DNA of 63,852 nt, the filler included, from Octopus bimaculoides (Eukaryota), in assembly GCF_001194135.2 (NCBI RefSeq). It is 5 parts of 5 records of this genome, joined end to end, with 100 filler letters (N's around TTAATTAATTAA, not from the genome) between each part and the next. Parts side by side here need not be neighbours in the genome. Positions count along the whole stretch, not along the records: positions 38,475 to 56,936 come from NC_068996.1; 4 more parts are not named here. One strand, 5' to 3'. The notes beneath the pieces are model-generated. The model was not told the DNA's origin. It worked only from the letters and a program-made list of their open reading frames with translations, and did no database searches. Made by a program: the position numbers and the translations under genes. Positions 38,681 to 51,892 of this stretch are shown one piece after another. Position 1 is the first letter of the stretch; every line of letters starts with the position of its first letter.

Positions 38681-39486
38681 TTACTTATATTATATGTGCA
38701 TATGTGTATGAGTATTTGTATACTTGCGTATATAACTTTACACGCGTACCCCTCACACACGCATACACACTCTCTCATACAAGCACTCACATACACACCC
38801 TCTGTCACATACAAGTTCACATACATATATGTATGTCAAAAAGAAATTCGTTATTTCTTCTAGAGGATACCAAATTTCTTTAAAGAAAAATAAACAAAAA
38901 CAAAATACGCAGAGCAAATATAAGAACAGTCGAAAACATTGCTAATCCATTCTGTCTATTGTAAACAACATTAACCGAACGTACAAACATCATAAAACTG
39001 TTAACAATCTCTACAATTCAAACCAATAACACTTGCAGAACTATAAGTAGCTTGTACTGCATATACATTCATATATCTCTTCTCACACATACATAAATAC
39101 ATACATACATACAAGCATACATTCGATGAAAAGACACACACACACACACACACAAACACACACATACACACACACACATACGCGCACACACACATGTACA
39201 TGTACGTACATACATTCATATAAACGTACATGGATATATGCATGTATATACGTAAATGTGTGAGATTTCTTATGCCTCTATACATGTATGAGTGTTTGAG
39301 TGTAAATGTAATAACGTAAATATTCTACATTATTTAATTCTTATATTTTATTTCACTCCATTTCATTTCACTTCTGTGTTAAATTTGAACAGTTTTTGCA
39401 CCTGCGTATAAATTAAGGAACATTTACTTCATTTCATTTGACTAGCCTGGTTACTATTACCGATATACTATTCAACTAAAAATGTT

Positions 39487-39617
39487 ATGGTTCCGGGTTC
39501 AGTCCCACTACGTGACAATTTGGGCAAGTGTCTTCCTCTATAGCCTCGGCTCGACCCAAGCCTTGTGAGTGGATTTGGTAGACGGAAACTGAAAGAAGCT
39601 CGCCGTACATACACACG

Positions 39618-39663
<46 letters not shown>

Positions 39664-40036
39664 NNNNNNNNNNNNNNNNNNNNNNNNNNNNNNNNNNNNN
39701 NNNNNNNNNNNNNNNNNNNNNNNNNNNNNNNNNNNNNNNNNNNNNNNNNNNNNNNNNNNNNNNNNNNNNNNNNNNNNNNNNNNNNNNNNNNNNNNNNNNN
39801 NNNNNNNNNNNNNNNNNNNNNNNNNNNNNNNNNNNNNNNNNNNNNNNNNNNNNNNNNNNNNNNNNNNNNNNNNNNNNNNNNNNNNNNNNNNNNNNNNNNN
39901 NNNNNNNNNNNNNNNNNNNNNNNNNNNNNNNNNNNNNNNNNNNNNNNNNNNNNNNNNNNNNNNNNNNNNNNNNNNNNNNNNNNNNNNNNNNNNNNNNNNN
40001 NNNNNNNNNNNNNNNNNNNNNNNNNNNNNNNNNNNN

Positions 40037-40072
<36 letters not shown>

Positions 40073-40240
40073 GCTTGACAACCGATGCTGGTGTGTTTGC
40101 GTCCACGTAACCTACCGGTTCGGCAAAAGAAACCAATACAATAAGTACTAGGCTTACAAAGAATAAGTTCAGGGGTCGATTTCTTCGACTAACAGGCGGT
40201 GCTCCAGCATGGCCGCAGTGAAATGACTTTAACAAATAAA
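39487..40240 (-). mobile_element. SINE family B with its internal microsatellite lost in a gap
   Basis: Both halves of family B flank the N-run 39664-40037. Confidence 0.85.
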
Positions 40241-40333
40241 AGAATAAAAGAATGTATATAATATGTGTGTGTGTGTTCCTGTGTATATCTATGTGTGTGC
40301 GTGCATGTATGTATGTATGTATGTATGTATGTA

Positions 40334-40370
<37 letters not shown>

Positions 40371-40402
40371 ATGTATATGCATACACTCTCTACTCGCTTA
40401 AA

Positions 40403-40610
40403 CTTGTTTCAGTCATTTGACTGCGGCCATGTTGGAGCACCGCCTTTATAGTCGAGCAAATCGACCCCAGAGCTTATTCTTTGTAAGCCTAGTACTTATT
40501 CTATCGGTCACTTTTGCCGAACCGCTAATTTACGGGGACGTAAACATACGTCAATCATCGATCGTCAAGCGATGCTGGGTGGTGGGGTAGACAAACAGAC
40601 ACACACACAC
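40403..40610 (+). mobile_element. SINE family B, 5' half
   Basis: CTTGTTTCAGTCATTTGACTGCGGCCATGTTGGAGCACCGCC...CCGAACCGCTAATTTACGGGGACG. Confidence 0.88.
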
Positions 40611-40614
40611 AAAC

Positions 40615-40915
40615 GCACCGTGCGAGATCGTTGCCAGTGCCGCCGAACTGGCTCCTGTGCAGGTGGCACGTAAAAAACACCATTTTGAGCATGGCTGTTG
40701 CCAGTACCGCCTGACTGGCCTTCGTGCCAGTGGCACGTAAAAGCACCCACTACACTCTCGGAGTGTTTGGTGTTAGGAAGGGCATCCAGCTGTAGAAACT
40801 CTGCCAATTCAGATTGGAGCCTGGTGTAGCTATCTGCTTTCACCAGTCCTCAGTCAAATCGTCCAGCCCATGCTAGCATGGAAAGCGGACGTTAAACGAT
40901 GATGATGATGATGAT
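40615..40915 (+). mobile_element. Family C with (GAT)n tail
   Basis: ...CCCATGCTAGCATGGAAAGCGGACGTTAAAC(GAT)n. Confidence 0.88.
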
Positions 40916-40949
40916 ATATATATATATGGATATATATATATATATATAT

Positions 40950-40994
<45 letters not shown>

Positions 40995-41075
40995 TACATA
41001 TACACAGTCACACACACACATGTAGATGTAGCCTGGGTGTGTATAAAAGTAAAAAAAAAAATGGGTCCACTCAAT

Positions 41076-41363
41076 TGCAAAATCCTGTGAGATGCAATGA
41101 TTCAGTGTGATCACCTGTCCGAACATCGGAAATCGGACATTGCTGTGATGAAAAAAAAAATAGAAAGAACATGCATGATAATCAACATAGCATGTCCCGT
41201 GACAACAAGATCAAGGAGAAAAAAAGTAGAAAAAGTGAACTATGATGATTTGGAGTTACCAACATGGCTGAAAAAGATCGGTGCAAGTGTGAAGGTAGAA
41301 CAGCTATAAAAATCTACATTGCTTGAAACTGCAAGAATTCTTCACGGGGTTATTGAAGCATGA
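41076..41363 (+). mobile_element. R4/Dong-like non-LTR retrotransposon 3' remnant (RLE domain), degenerate
   Basis: Translation KIL*DAMIQCDHLSEHRKSDIAVMKKKIERTCMIINIACP, frameshift, KVEKVNYDDL...WLKKIG...L*KSTLLETARIL. Matches the family pattern KILWD..IQCD..IEHRRPDI...CxIIDIAxP...EK..KY.DL...LQK..LLGTARIL. Confidence 0.75.
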
Positions 41364-41759
41364 AAAGTAAACAAGGATGATGACGACTACGATGTTGATG
41401 GTAATAGTGATGATAACAACAATAGTAATTCTCTTTGATTTTTGGTACAAGTTTGAGGGGTATTCCAACGAAGAAGATCATGTAGAAAAATACATGGACT
41501 TTTAAACGTGTTAAAATTAAATGAACCAGATATGGAATATTATAAAAATTAAATACATTGTAACTTTAGATTATCATATTTACCTTGAACATCTGCTAAA
41601 ACAGATTACAATATACAAGACACCAAACCAAATTAAAATAAACTGCAAAAACACAAAACTTAATAGACTTATAATAAATAATAAGCTACAATTGAATTGT
41701 GTTTAAATACACAAACACGCTTCTAATGTCCAATTGAAAAAAAACATTGCAATATGGTT

Positions 41760-42230
41760 TGGGAATACGTTTCCCTCAAATGTACTTGTACCTTCTAATC
41801 AATAGGCCCGCTTAGATGTCTCCATCTTTGAATCTTTTTGGTAAGGCTCCCACATTGTTCTTTCAATTGCACTTCCGTGGGGAACATCAGGAGGGAACTA
41901 TTGTTAATTCTCACTACTGTTACGTTGTTGTTATTGTGCGCCTGCAAGATGGTCAAACCTTGGTTATATCGCCAAAGTACTCTGTGAGGAATCACTAGAA
42001 AGCTGTTAGAACATACTCTAACAATTGGCAATCACCACACTAATGACAATCAGCAGTCAATCGAGTCCCAGCATCATACACTCTGCTCATGAGTAAGCTC
42101 ACAATAGCACTTTTCCACGACATCATCGACTATAACTTCTTTCCACGCTATCCATCGCCATTAGCTTCCTAACCCTGTAACTTCATCTGTATTTTCCTCC
42201 TCAACGCTATGGATTTTTCAGTCAAATTAC
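41760..42230 (-). mobile_element. HERO-like RLE retrotransposon remnant (zinc-knuckle region), highly degenerate
   Basis: With frameshifts: HSVEEEN...LQG*...SLLMSRVYD...DCH*CGDCQLLEYVL...WRYNQGL...LMFPTEV. Compare HERO-type EEER...QQGAW...FLIRxVYD...CxLC...LEHIL..C...WRHxQVL...LxFP. Confidence 0.5.
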
Positions 42231-42276
42231 ATCGCTTATCTATGTTAGATGAGCAGGTTACCTATATTTGCCTAGT

Positions 42277-42592
42277 GAAGGCGGGTGTCTTAGTAGTTTT
42301 ATGGTATTCGGGTCACGAGCATAAGGTCGTGAGTTCAATTCCCGACGACGCGTTGTGTCCTTGAGCAAGACACGTTATTTCATGTTGCTGCAGTCCACTC
42401 AGCTGGCAAAAAATGAGTTATACCTGTAATTCAAAGGGCCAGAATTTTCACATTCTGTGTCACGCTGAGAACTACATTAAGGTACGTGTGTTTGTGGAGT
42501 GCTCAGCCACTTACACGATAATTTTACGAGTAAACTATTTCATTTATCGGATCGACAGGAACCCTCGTCTTTGTCAGGGACGGAGTGCCAGT
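42277..42592 (+). mobile_element. SINE family D, full length, CpG-rich
   Basis: tRNA-like head (...GGTCGTGAGTTCAATTCCCG), TGTCCTTGAGCAAGACAC, CAGCTGGCAAAAAATGAG, ends GACGGAGTGCCAGT. Confidence 0.9.
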
Positions 42593-43198
42593 TTTACCTA
42601 TATTTTATACCTGTCCCAGATCAGTCTTCACATTCTGCACCATAGTAATCAATTCTCATTTTCATGTTATTTCGTTCAACACATTTTTCTTTTCATTGCC
42701 CATTTCTTTTCCGTGGAATCTTTTTATCAAACCTTGAAGCATCATGCAACAACGAGTTTCCTCTAAAAACTTCTCCATCAGCGATGTTAATGTTAACATT
42801 GTTTTACAGTAGCATCTGAGAAGCATAGCAGGTTACGAAGCCACTGCCATTGGAACTTATAAGCACACTTTTCCACTATTCCTACACATATAAAAGATAT
42901 ATATATATATATATCGCTAAATGTGACTAACACGCATGCACAAGCACACGTGCGTGCGCACACGCACAAACATACACATGCACACACGCACAAACATACA
43001 CATGCACACAGGCGCACGCCTACACATAATCATGAGGCAGCGTATACGGAGGTAAATCGTGCATAGGTTTACAGACCTTAATATAAGCATGCTTCAGCAT
43101 GACCGCACTCCAATGTCTGAAACTAGGAAAAGGATAAAAGGGTAAAAAAGCATATGGATGTACACAGACACACGGACACACAGGCACATGCACACGCA

Positions 43199-43259
<61 letters not shown>

Positions 43260-43395
43260 NNNNNNNNNNNNNNNNNNNNNNNNNNNNNNNNNNNNNNNNN
43301 NNNNNNNNNNNNNNNNNNNNNNNNNNNNNNNNNNNNNNNNNNNNNNNNNNNNNNNNNNNNNNNNNNNNNNNNNNNNNNNNNNNNNNNNNNNNNNN

Positions 43396-43438
<43 letters not shown>

Positions 43439-44155
43439 GTATGTATGTATATATATGTATATAGTATTTATGTACGCATGCATATATCGATGTACATATG
43501 TGTGTATATAGTATATGTATATATGTTTGTGTGTGTACGTATATGAATGTTCTAAAGGTACGTGACCTGCTGAATTTAGAATCAACTACACATTAAACTA
43601 TTTCTATTCTCTACCAGAACATCTCCCACATACAAGACACAAGACGCCAATGGCTGTCAAACGCGTCAAAAACACCCATCTTCTTTGGATTAATTAGTGC
43701 TTTTTCTGTAGCTGTGACAATATTGATATTGTTTGTGGTATTACTGCCTACGGTGTTAGCAGACAGACTTGAAGTCACTTGTGGAAATACTGCATCATTT
43801 TTTGATTGAGACACAGCAGTTATACAAATATTGTTTTAAATGCAGCACAGTTTCATTTCAATTATATAATAACAGAATGCTGAAAAATCTCATGCGAAAA
43901 TCTGTGGAGATTGATATATATATATTTGTGTTTATATCAACTGAAATATCTACACATCTATTTATTCATATTTATATTTTCTTCACACCACCCTTCTGCC
44001 AGTCATTTAGTACCTTGTAAACCATATAGATTACATACAGACATCAAATAATATACATGCATCTAACTCTGTGCAGACATGCATACGTATTTGCCAACCA
44101 CAAGCGATCGAGTGTGGTTATAAATGTATAAATGTATATGTGTATATATATAAAC

Positions 44156-44212
<57 letters not shown>

Positions 44213-44327
44213 ATATATATATACATATATATATAGAGAGAGAGAGAGATAGACAGATAGATAGACACGTATATACATACATGTACGTGCGTGTATATAT
44301 GTATGTGTGATATTCATACACAGACAC

Positions 44328-44383
<56 letters not shown>

Positions 44384-44428
44384 GCGCACGCATAGGTGTG
44401 TTTGTGTCTGTGCTTATGTGTGTGCGTT

Positions 44429-44464
<36 letters not shown>

Positions 44465-44931
44465 TTTCCTTGCTATCTAAAAAAAGCAATATATATATTT
44501 ACGACACTGTTATTATTGCTTCGGCTGCTGCTGCTGCTATATCTATTTAGTTATTTATTTTTGTAATTGGTATCGTTATTTCTGCTTTTGTTATTTATCG
44601 GTCATAAGAGTATTCGATGCGTAAAATATTGAATCCAAATTTCGCATTTATGCATTTGTTTAATTCCCTCTATGTAAATATCTGGAATTCCGCTTCAATT
44701 TTTCATCTTTTCAGAAGATCATGGAATGAGGTACCATACAAGAACTGGAATCAATTTATAGCGTTTTGGTTGAGCTAGATCGTAGAGGGTATTTGCACAA
44801 GGGCGATGCATCTGAAACATTAGGAGAGATTTTTTTTTTTAAATATCTCTTTTACACACTTCTACTGACTGAGTTGCAACATTCGTTGAGGGTTGAGCGT
44901 TTTGTAAGATCAGGTGTATGAAATAAAAAAA

Positions 44932-45882
44932 ATGAAGTCGGTGGAATGCCAGCCTACATTGTCTGTTAGTGAACGCATATGTTGTAATGATCTGGCAACA
45001 ATTCTGGGCATCGACCAGTAGAGCCTGTATGATTTCTTCTACATGAATTTCAATTTCGGGATTATGAAATATTTCCAGAATTCTTTTATCGTATTGTAAA
45101 ATAGGAATCAATATTTATACGTTATCATTTCAAGAGATATTAACATAGTGGATCTTCCTGCAACTCGACCCTTTCGAAATGTGTGCAATGTGATGAAACC
45201 TTCTGGCACATCGTTTAATGTCCACGAGTTGTTACTTTATTGGATAGCTGTAGGAGGCATTCGTCAGTTAGCTGGATCTATTGTAAAAATCAACCTACTA
45301 ACATACTTTCTTCATTTACAAAGAAGGGTGTGTGGCATTCCTCATGCCTTGTGGCTATGTCGGAGGAAATTGCGCGGGAAATTTGCGTGGCAGTATCAAC
45401 CTTCAATAGCCTCCAATAACAATGCTGCTGTTAACTGGAAGAGACCACTTCTTTTTTGTTGTATCAGGATAAATCACTGTAGATTGTGGATGTTCATATG
45501 TAATGCACTTCCACACTTTCATCTGAAACTCGTTGAGAATTTTTATACAATTTTCGTAGTAAACAAATATTCTAAACTGCAGATCATCTTTGCTTCAAAA
45601 ACTATTATATTTGTACAAACAGATATTCCTTGTCGTCCTTGCCTCACAACGCATCATACAGTTTATTTTCGAGATCTTGCCTTTCTACAACCACCCCCAC
45701 CAATGCATTTATCGCTTAAATTATTTCACTATCCAAACAATGAATCATTTCCTTTTCTGTTTGTGGAGGACCAAAATGTCTTTCAGCACCTAAGTTACCA
45801 TGTTTTTTTTTTTCTCTTTTCGAAATTAGTCACATTAATTTTGTATTTAGCTGAGTATGACAGTTTCTTTTTTTTATTGTGA
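44932..45882 (+). pseudogene. Coding-like segment of unknown origin (244-codon ORF extendable upstream through two stops); possible decayed retroelement
   Basis: Frame open from 45148 to 45882; the same frame reaches ATG 44932 with only two stops. No family recognised. Confidence 0.25.
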
Positions 45883-48227
45883 ATCAGAAGTGTTGAAACA
45901 GAAATGTAAATACAAAAAACAAAAAAAAAAATATATATATATATTTTGCTACCTTTGCCTCAGATACGGTATTTCAGGTTTCGGTTGCGCATCCGACTTG
46001 ATGGTAAATACGTGTCAGAGAGCCGAGTAGCTAATAAAAATTGAAAAGTCAGACGATCGCCCACTAATTACGTTAAGCACTTTGATTGGTCAGCTGCATT
46101 GTAAATTTGAAATCTAAGGCGAGCACTGAAAACGGATTTTGGTTTGCTAAAATGTTAGGCCAGAAATTCTTCAATAACGAAAACAGTCTTTTATTTACCT
46201 CTTTCACATCATCCATTAATTTACGTGGAAATTAATCCAAGTAATTTTTTTTCCATATTAAATCCCTTTCTTTACATGCAAGGCCTTAATGAGATAACCA
46301 AAGATTCTGTGTCCTCAAAAGTGGCGCTCATGGAAGCCTGTAACACGATAATTCGTGTAGGCAGTCTATCGGTTTCTGATCAGTTTATCAATCATTTAAT
46401 GATTAACTAGCAATGTTGTAGAACTTCATATAATACACTCACAAGAGATAGTAATTTGTCTCTCGGGCTTCGCCAATTTATGTTCTTACACCACGCATGG
46501 TATCATATTTGTGGCCAAAGTAATGGAGAACCTCACCAGAGATCGCTAAGATAAGCAACAAACTCGAGAAGTATGGTCTGTATATGATCCTCCCTAATCC
46601 TGTACGTTGGTGCTCCAGCATGACCGTATTTGTCTTAGCTGTCAAACGTTCAATGACCTAGTTGTCACTGTATAAACTTCAATGACCTAGTTCTCTTGTC
46701 TGCATAGAAGCTTCGTTATACAGTTGGATATTTCGTAATCAGCAGTGTTCAATTATTTTTCTATGTATATATACTAAGCAGAAAGTTATGAGTCCCAGAT
46801 GTACTAAATGAAAACAAGATCCGTAGTTCTTCATGGACCTAATATGTTATAAAACTCCCCACAGGATTACTATATGATTTCATAGACTCGTGCCTTTTAG
46901 GTTATAATCTAATAGGCTGTTGCACTTGTTGTTTAGCCCACGTATCTACATCGATACTTTACTAATCGAAATCGTTTCAAGTGGAATCTTCCAATACTCT
47001 TTCGTTTTTGAGAGTATAGAATATGATGTAAAGAAACCTTTGCTACTATTTCTAGCTAATTGACCTAGAAAGTAATGGCTCGTATTTTGGCTCGTAGGAG
47101 ATCGGTTTTATCTTTCGGCAAAGTATTTAAACATTCCCACATAACCTTAATTGTAGAGTTATGTTTCATCTTTAAAAATATCTCATCTGAAGTGATCTAA
47201 CGAATTTTTATGATTTAAAGGACAAGGTTAATGTGTTGATAAGATTTAATCTAGATTTCCATCTTTCTATCGAGACTATGAAGCAACCAATGTATATAAC
47301 ATTCGTGTATGTTTTAATTCGTAATTGGCGTCCACCCAAACATGTTAGGAATTTACGAAATAATACTTAACTATACTTCAAATTCTATATATTACATGGT
47401 TCTCATTAAGTATTCTTAAGTTTAATATCCATATAGGGAATAAAACGATTAGGACGTGGTGTTTGTACAAATTTGTTTTACTTTTTAGTTTATTTTAATA
47501 TCTGTTTTCCATTTCCTCCGTCTCCCCACTTAAAATATAAAGAAAAAGCAAAGAAAGTTTATATATATATATATATATATNNNNNNNNNNNNNNNNNNNN
47601 NNNNNNNNNNNNNNNNNNNNNNNNNNNNNNNNNNNNNNNNNNNNNNNNNNNNNNNNNNNNNNNNNNNNNNNNNNNNNNNNNNNNNNNNNNNNNNNNNNNN
47701 NNNNNNNNNNNNNNNNNNNNNNNNNNNNNNNNNNNNNNNNNNNNNNNNNNNNNNNNNNNNNNNNNNNNNNNNNNNNNNNNNNNNNNNNNNNNNNNNNNNN
47801 NNNNNNNNNNNNNNNNNNNNNNNNNNNNNNNNNNNNNNNNNNNNNNNNNNNNNNNNNNNNNNNNNNNNNNNNNNNNNNNNNNNNNNNNNNNNNNNNNNNN
47901 NNNNNNNNNNNNNNNNNNNNNNNNNNNNNNNNNNNNNNNNNNNNNNNNNNNNNNNNNNNNNNNNNNNNNNNNNNNNNNNNNNNNNNNNNNNNNNNNNNNN
48001 NNNNNNNNNNNNNNNNNNNNNNNNNNNNNNNNNNNNNNNNNNNNNNNNNNNNNNNNNNNNNNNNNNNNNNNNNNNNNNNATATACATATATATATATATA
48101 TAAATATATATATATACAATTTTAAATATATATTACTTTTGTTTTCTTTATTCTATTTTATTCCCTTGTGGCAATGTCTGCAAATAGTTGTTTCATACCA
48201 ACAAAAATAGCAAATAATACCAACGAC

Positions 48228-48230
48228 ATC

Positions 48231-48285
<55 letters not shown>

Positions 48286-48288
48286 GTA
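48228..48288. repeat. (AAT)n microsatellite
   Basis: Direct reading. Confidence 0.95.
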
Positions 48289-49021
48289 ATTTCTTTATTT
48301 GCCACATGGGCAACAAAAGATGCATGTTTACAAATACGAATTACAGAAGCGATGGATATTAACATACAAATACGAGATTAGGCACCGGGAAACAATACTA
48401 TAAGTATTACAAGTAAAGTATTCAGTATGGAAATAATACCATGGTTCAAACAGAAACATTTCAAATCTGCGTTGCTCTTACTATTGTGGACAAGTATCCT
48501 CACCAATTGCGTTCTCCGAATTACGATCATACCCACTACACCAACCATATTTGAGTAGATTTAATGGAGATTAGCACCTCCTGTTAAATCATATATATTT
48601 TACGGTTAAGTCCCTTTACTTGTCTCTATTTTCTAAAACAAAACAAAGCAAAGCATATGTGTATACAAACCGTCATCTAGTTGTTATGGTGGTAGTGGTC
48701 TTTGCGTGTGTGTGTGTGTGTGTGCGCGCCAGTGAATATGTGTATGTATGAAAGAACGCATGTGTGTATGTATGTATNNNNNNNNNNCCCCCCCCATTCC
48801 TCACCCTCTTTTACTATTCTATATATCTCTCTCCGCCTCTACACGCTCAATAATACCATGAAAAGAGACGAATCCCTCGAAAAAATTTTAATCTGGAGAA
48901 TCTACAAGAATAGATGCAAACGCTAATTTATTAAAACATGTGACATATTAATAAAAATCTGTAAATGTACAACCATCCAGATCTCTGAGAATCTTATTAT
49001 TTTTTCTAATAATTAAATACA

Positions 49022-49118
<97 letters not shown>

Positions 49119-49202
49119 ACATGGGTACATATTCAAATAACGCTAATATATGTATATACATTTGTTGAAGCATATAAATGTATGTACGTATATCTAAATC
49201 TC

Positions 49203-49241
<39 letters not shown>

Positions 49242-49351
49242 ACCTCTCTATCTATCTATCTACACGCGTACATACATACATGAACAGAGCATGTGTGGGT
49301 ATGCAACTACATGCATGAGAATATATACATAAAACAAAACATACAAATCTG

Positions 49352-49405
<54 letters not shown>

Positions 49406-49435
49406 NNNNNNNNNNATATATATATATATATATAT

Positions 49436-50068
49436 CATCTTTTAACGTCCGCCTTCCATGCCAGCATGGGTTGGACGATTTGACTGAGGACTGGCGAACC
49501 AGATGGCTGCACCAGGCTCCAATCTGATCTGGCAGAATTTCTACAGCTGGATGCCCTTCCTAACGCCAACCACTCAGAGAGTGTAGTGGGTGCTTTTACG
49601 TGCCACCGGTACAAGGGCCAGTCAGGTGGTACTGGCAACGGTCACGCTCAAAATGGTGTTTTTTACGCGCCACCTGCACAGGAGCCAGTCCAGCGGCACT
49701 GGCAACGACTTCGCTCGAATGTTTTTTCACGTGCCACCAGCACAAGTGCCAGTAAGGTGAAGCTGGTAACGATCACGCTCAAACGGTACTATTTACGTGC
49801 CACTGGCACGGAAGCCAGACAGCTGCTCTGGCAATAATCACGCTCGACGGTGCTCTTAGCACTCCACTGGCACAGGTGCCAGTCATCGAATTTGGTTCAA
49901 TCTCAATTTCGATTTCACTTGCCCCAACAGGTCTTCGCAAGCAGAGTTTATTGTCCAATGAAGGAAAGAAAAAATACGCATAAGTGGGCTGGCTACACTC
50001 TTGGCAGAGGCCTCGGATTGTGGTCTCATTTGGCTTGCCGGTTCTTCTCACGCACTGCATATTTCCAT
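49436..50068 (-). mobile_element. Family C, longest copy, with internal ~66-bp subrepeats
   Basis: Same tail-proximal end as 30633; (T/C)ACG(T/C)GCCAC units at 49597, 49664, 49728 and 49794. Confidence 0.9.
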
Positions 50069-50683
50069 ATGTATACATACATACATACATACATACATAC
50101 AAAAATACCCTGCTGATGTTGTTGAAATTCCAATGAAGGAGCCTTGAATCTAGGTTAGAAACCAGCTCTTTCGCTGTTGGCAAAAAATCTTGAAATATAA
50201 CTGAATAATGACATACATATACCCACGTACTTACAATGCCTATCCCACCCAACATTCTGAGCATATTCCACCATCCAAATTATAATATAACTGTGTTCTT
50301 CTGTTTTGTTGTAGCGTAAGAGAGATGTTTTTAAAGTAAATATACAAACACAATTAAAATATACACACAAAATAAACGCATTTAAAAGAGAGCAAGAAAG
50401 AGCCTATATGCGTGTGTGTTTCTTGATTAATTTCGTCACACACGTGTGTCAAATTTAAATAATTAAATAAATAAATAAATAAATAAATGAAAATTGCCCA
50501 CAAATTCTTTTTTAGAAATATTTCGGTCACATGATCAGTTAGCTACTTGCATTATATTTAGTTTTCGCTTTATTACAACTTACATATGCGCGCAAAGTCT
50601 ATTTTCGTGTATAAGCTTATGTACAGACACTCACACACGTACACATCACACTAACAAAGAAGCACACGCATAACGTAAACACC

Positions 50684-50723
<40 letters not shown>

Positions 50724-51429
50724 CATATATATATATGTATTTACATGCATATATGCACATGTTTGTGGATGTATGTGTGTGTGTGCATATGTGTACACAT
50801 ACTTGTATATATGCACTTTGACGGGTAAATATTTACGAATTAACACACTGACATACAAATATCAAACTCAAATCCATAGTTTGCATGTTGCTCCTCTTTA
50901 TGTTTAATGACCACAGCCTGCTCTTCTCGTGATCCCGCAAACCCATTTATGACCCAAGGTATTATAACTGTAACAATCTGTAATTTTTGTGGATATACTT
51001 TATTTTGGATAACATTATCCAGTATTTTTTTTCTTATTTTAAGGTAGGCGGGATTTGAAGGAGATTTCGTTGCTATTTCTTGAAACAGTGGTTGATAACG
51101 AAGAGGATATTGTTATAGGCGTGTATCAAATATCAAATATAAACGTATGCGTTGAATATTAACTAAAAATACACATTTATAAACGAATATATTTCTCTTT
51201 GAGGTATAGAGGGATGAAATATTATTAAGTCGGTTATTAAAAATTTCCAGTTAACAAGACAGTTCATTACCATTACATTATAATATAAATTTCTAATATA
51301 GAGTTACATAGTTGATAGATTACGGTTGACCCAGTACGCAAATGTGAAATTATTTTATTAACCCCAGAAAGATGGAAATTGAAGAAAGCACTATAAAATT
51401 TGAAATCAAAACTTAAGGAGCTGTTAATC

Positions 51430-51645
51430 CCTTCCGCTAGAATCGTTACCGCGCCGGAAAAATATGCTTAGTGGCATTTCTTCCTACTTTACGTTCTGAG
51501 TTCAAAAGCCACGGGGGTCGACACTGCCTTGCATCCCTTCCGTGGTCTATGAAATAAATGCTAGTTGAGTACTGGGGTCAATTTAATCGACTTGCACCCT
51601 CCTCAACAATGGCTGGCCTCGTACCAAAATGTGAAACCAATATTA
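51430..51645 (+). mobile_element. SINE family A, diverged, CpG-rich
   Basis: GCTAGAATCGTTACCGCGCCGG...TACGTTCTGAGTTCAAAAGCC...GTACTGGGGTCAATTTAATCGAC. Confidence 0.8.
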
Positions 51646-51747
51646 TATAATAACATTTACTAGCGGAAACTATTGAAATTCTGTGTTTTATGATTGTTCT
51701 ATTTAGATGTATCGATTAACAGATTTTCATAAAACTGTTTAACTACG

Positions 51748-51892
51748 TTAATTCATGCTGAATCTCCTTGAGAACTACGTTAGGGGTACGCGTGTCTGTC
51801 GAGTGCTCAACCACTTGCACGTTAATTTCACGAGCAGGCTGTTCCGTTGATAGGATCAGCTGGGACGCTCGTCGTCGTAACCGACGGAGTGC
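51748..51892 (+). mobile_element. SINE family D, 3' part, CpG-rich
   Basis: GAGAACTACGTTAGGGGTACGCGTGTCTGTCGAGTGCTC...CGTCGTCGTAACCGACGGAGTGC. Confidence 0.85.

Noticed and set aside
42277-42350. tRNA genes at the heads of SINE families A and D
   Set aside because: Only A/B-box-like motifs (GAGTTCAA) are retained; they run directly into SINE bodies and I cannot fold a full cloverleaf.
44946-44963. DNVGWH on the minus strand as an IS630/Tc1 transposase DNxxWH motif
   Set aside because: It is an isolated 6-residue match with no other DDE motifs in register and no terminal inverted repeats seen.
49590-49900. CRISPR-like repeat-spacer array
   Set aside because: The units are similar along their whole length (no unique spacers), lie within a multi-copy eukaryotic retroposon, and there are no cas genes.
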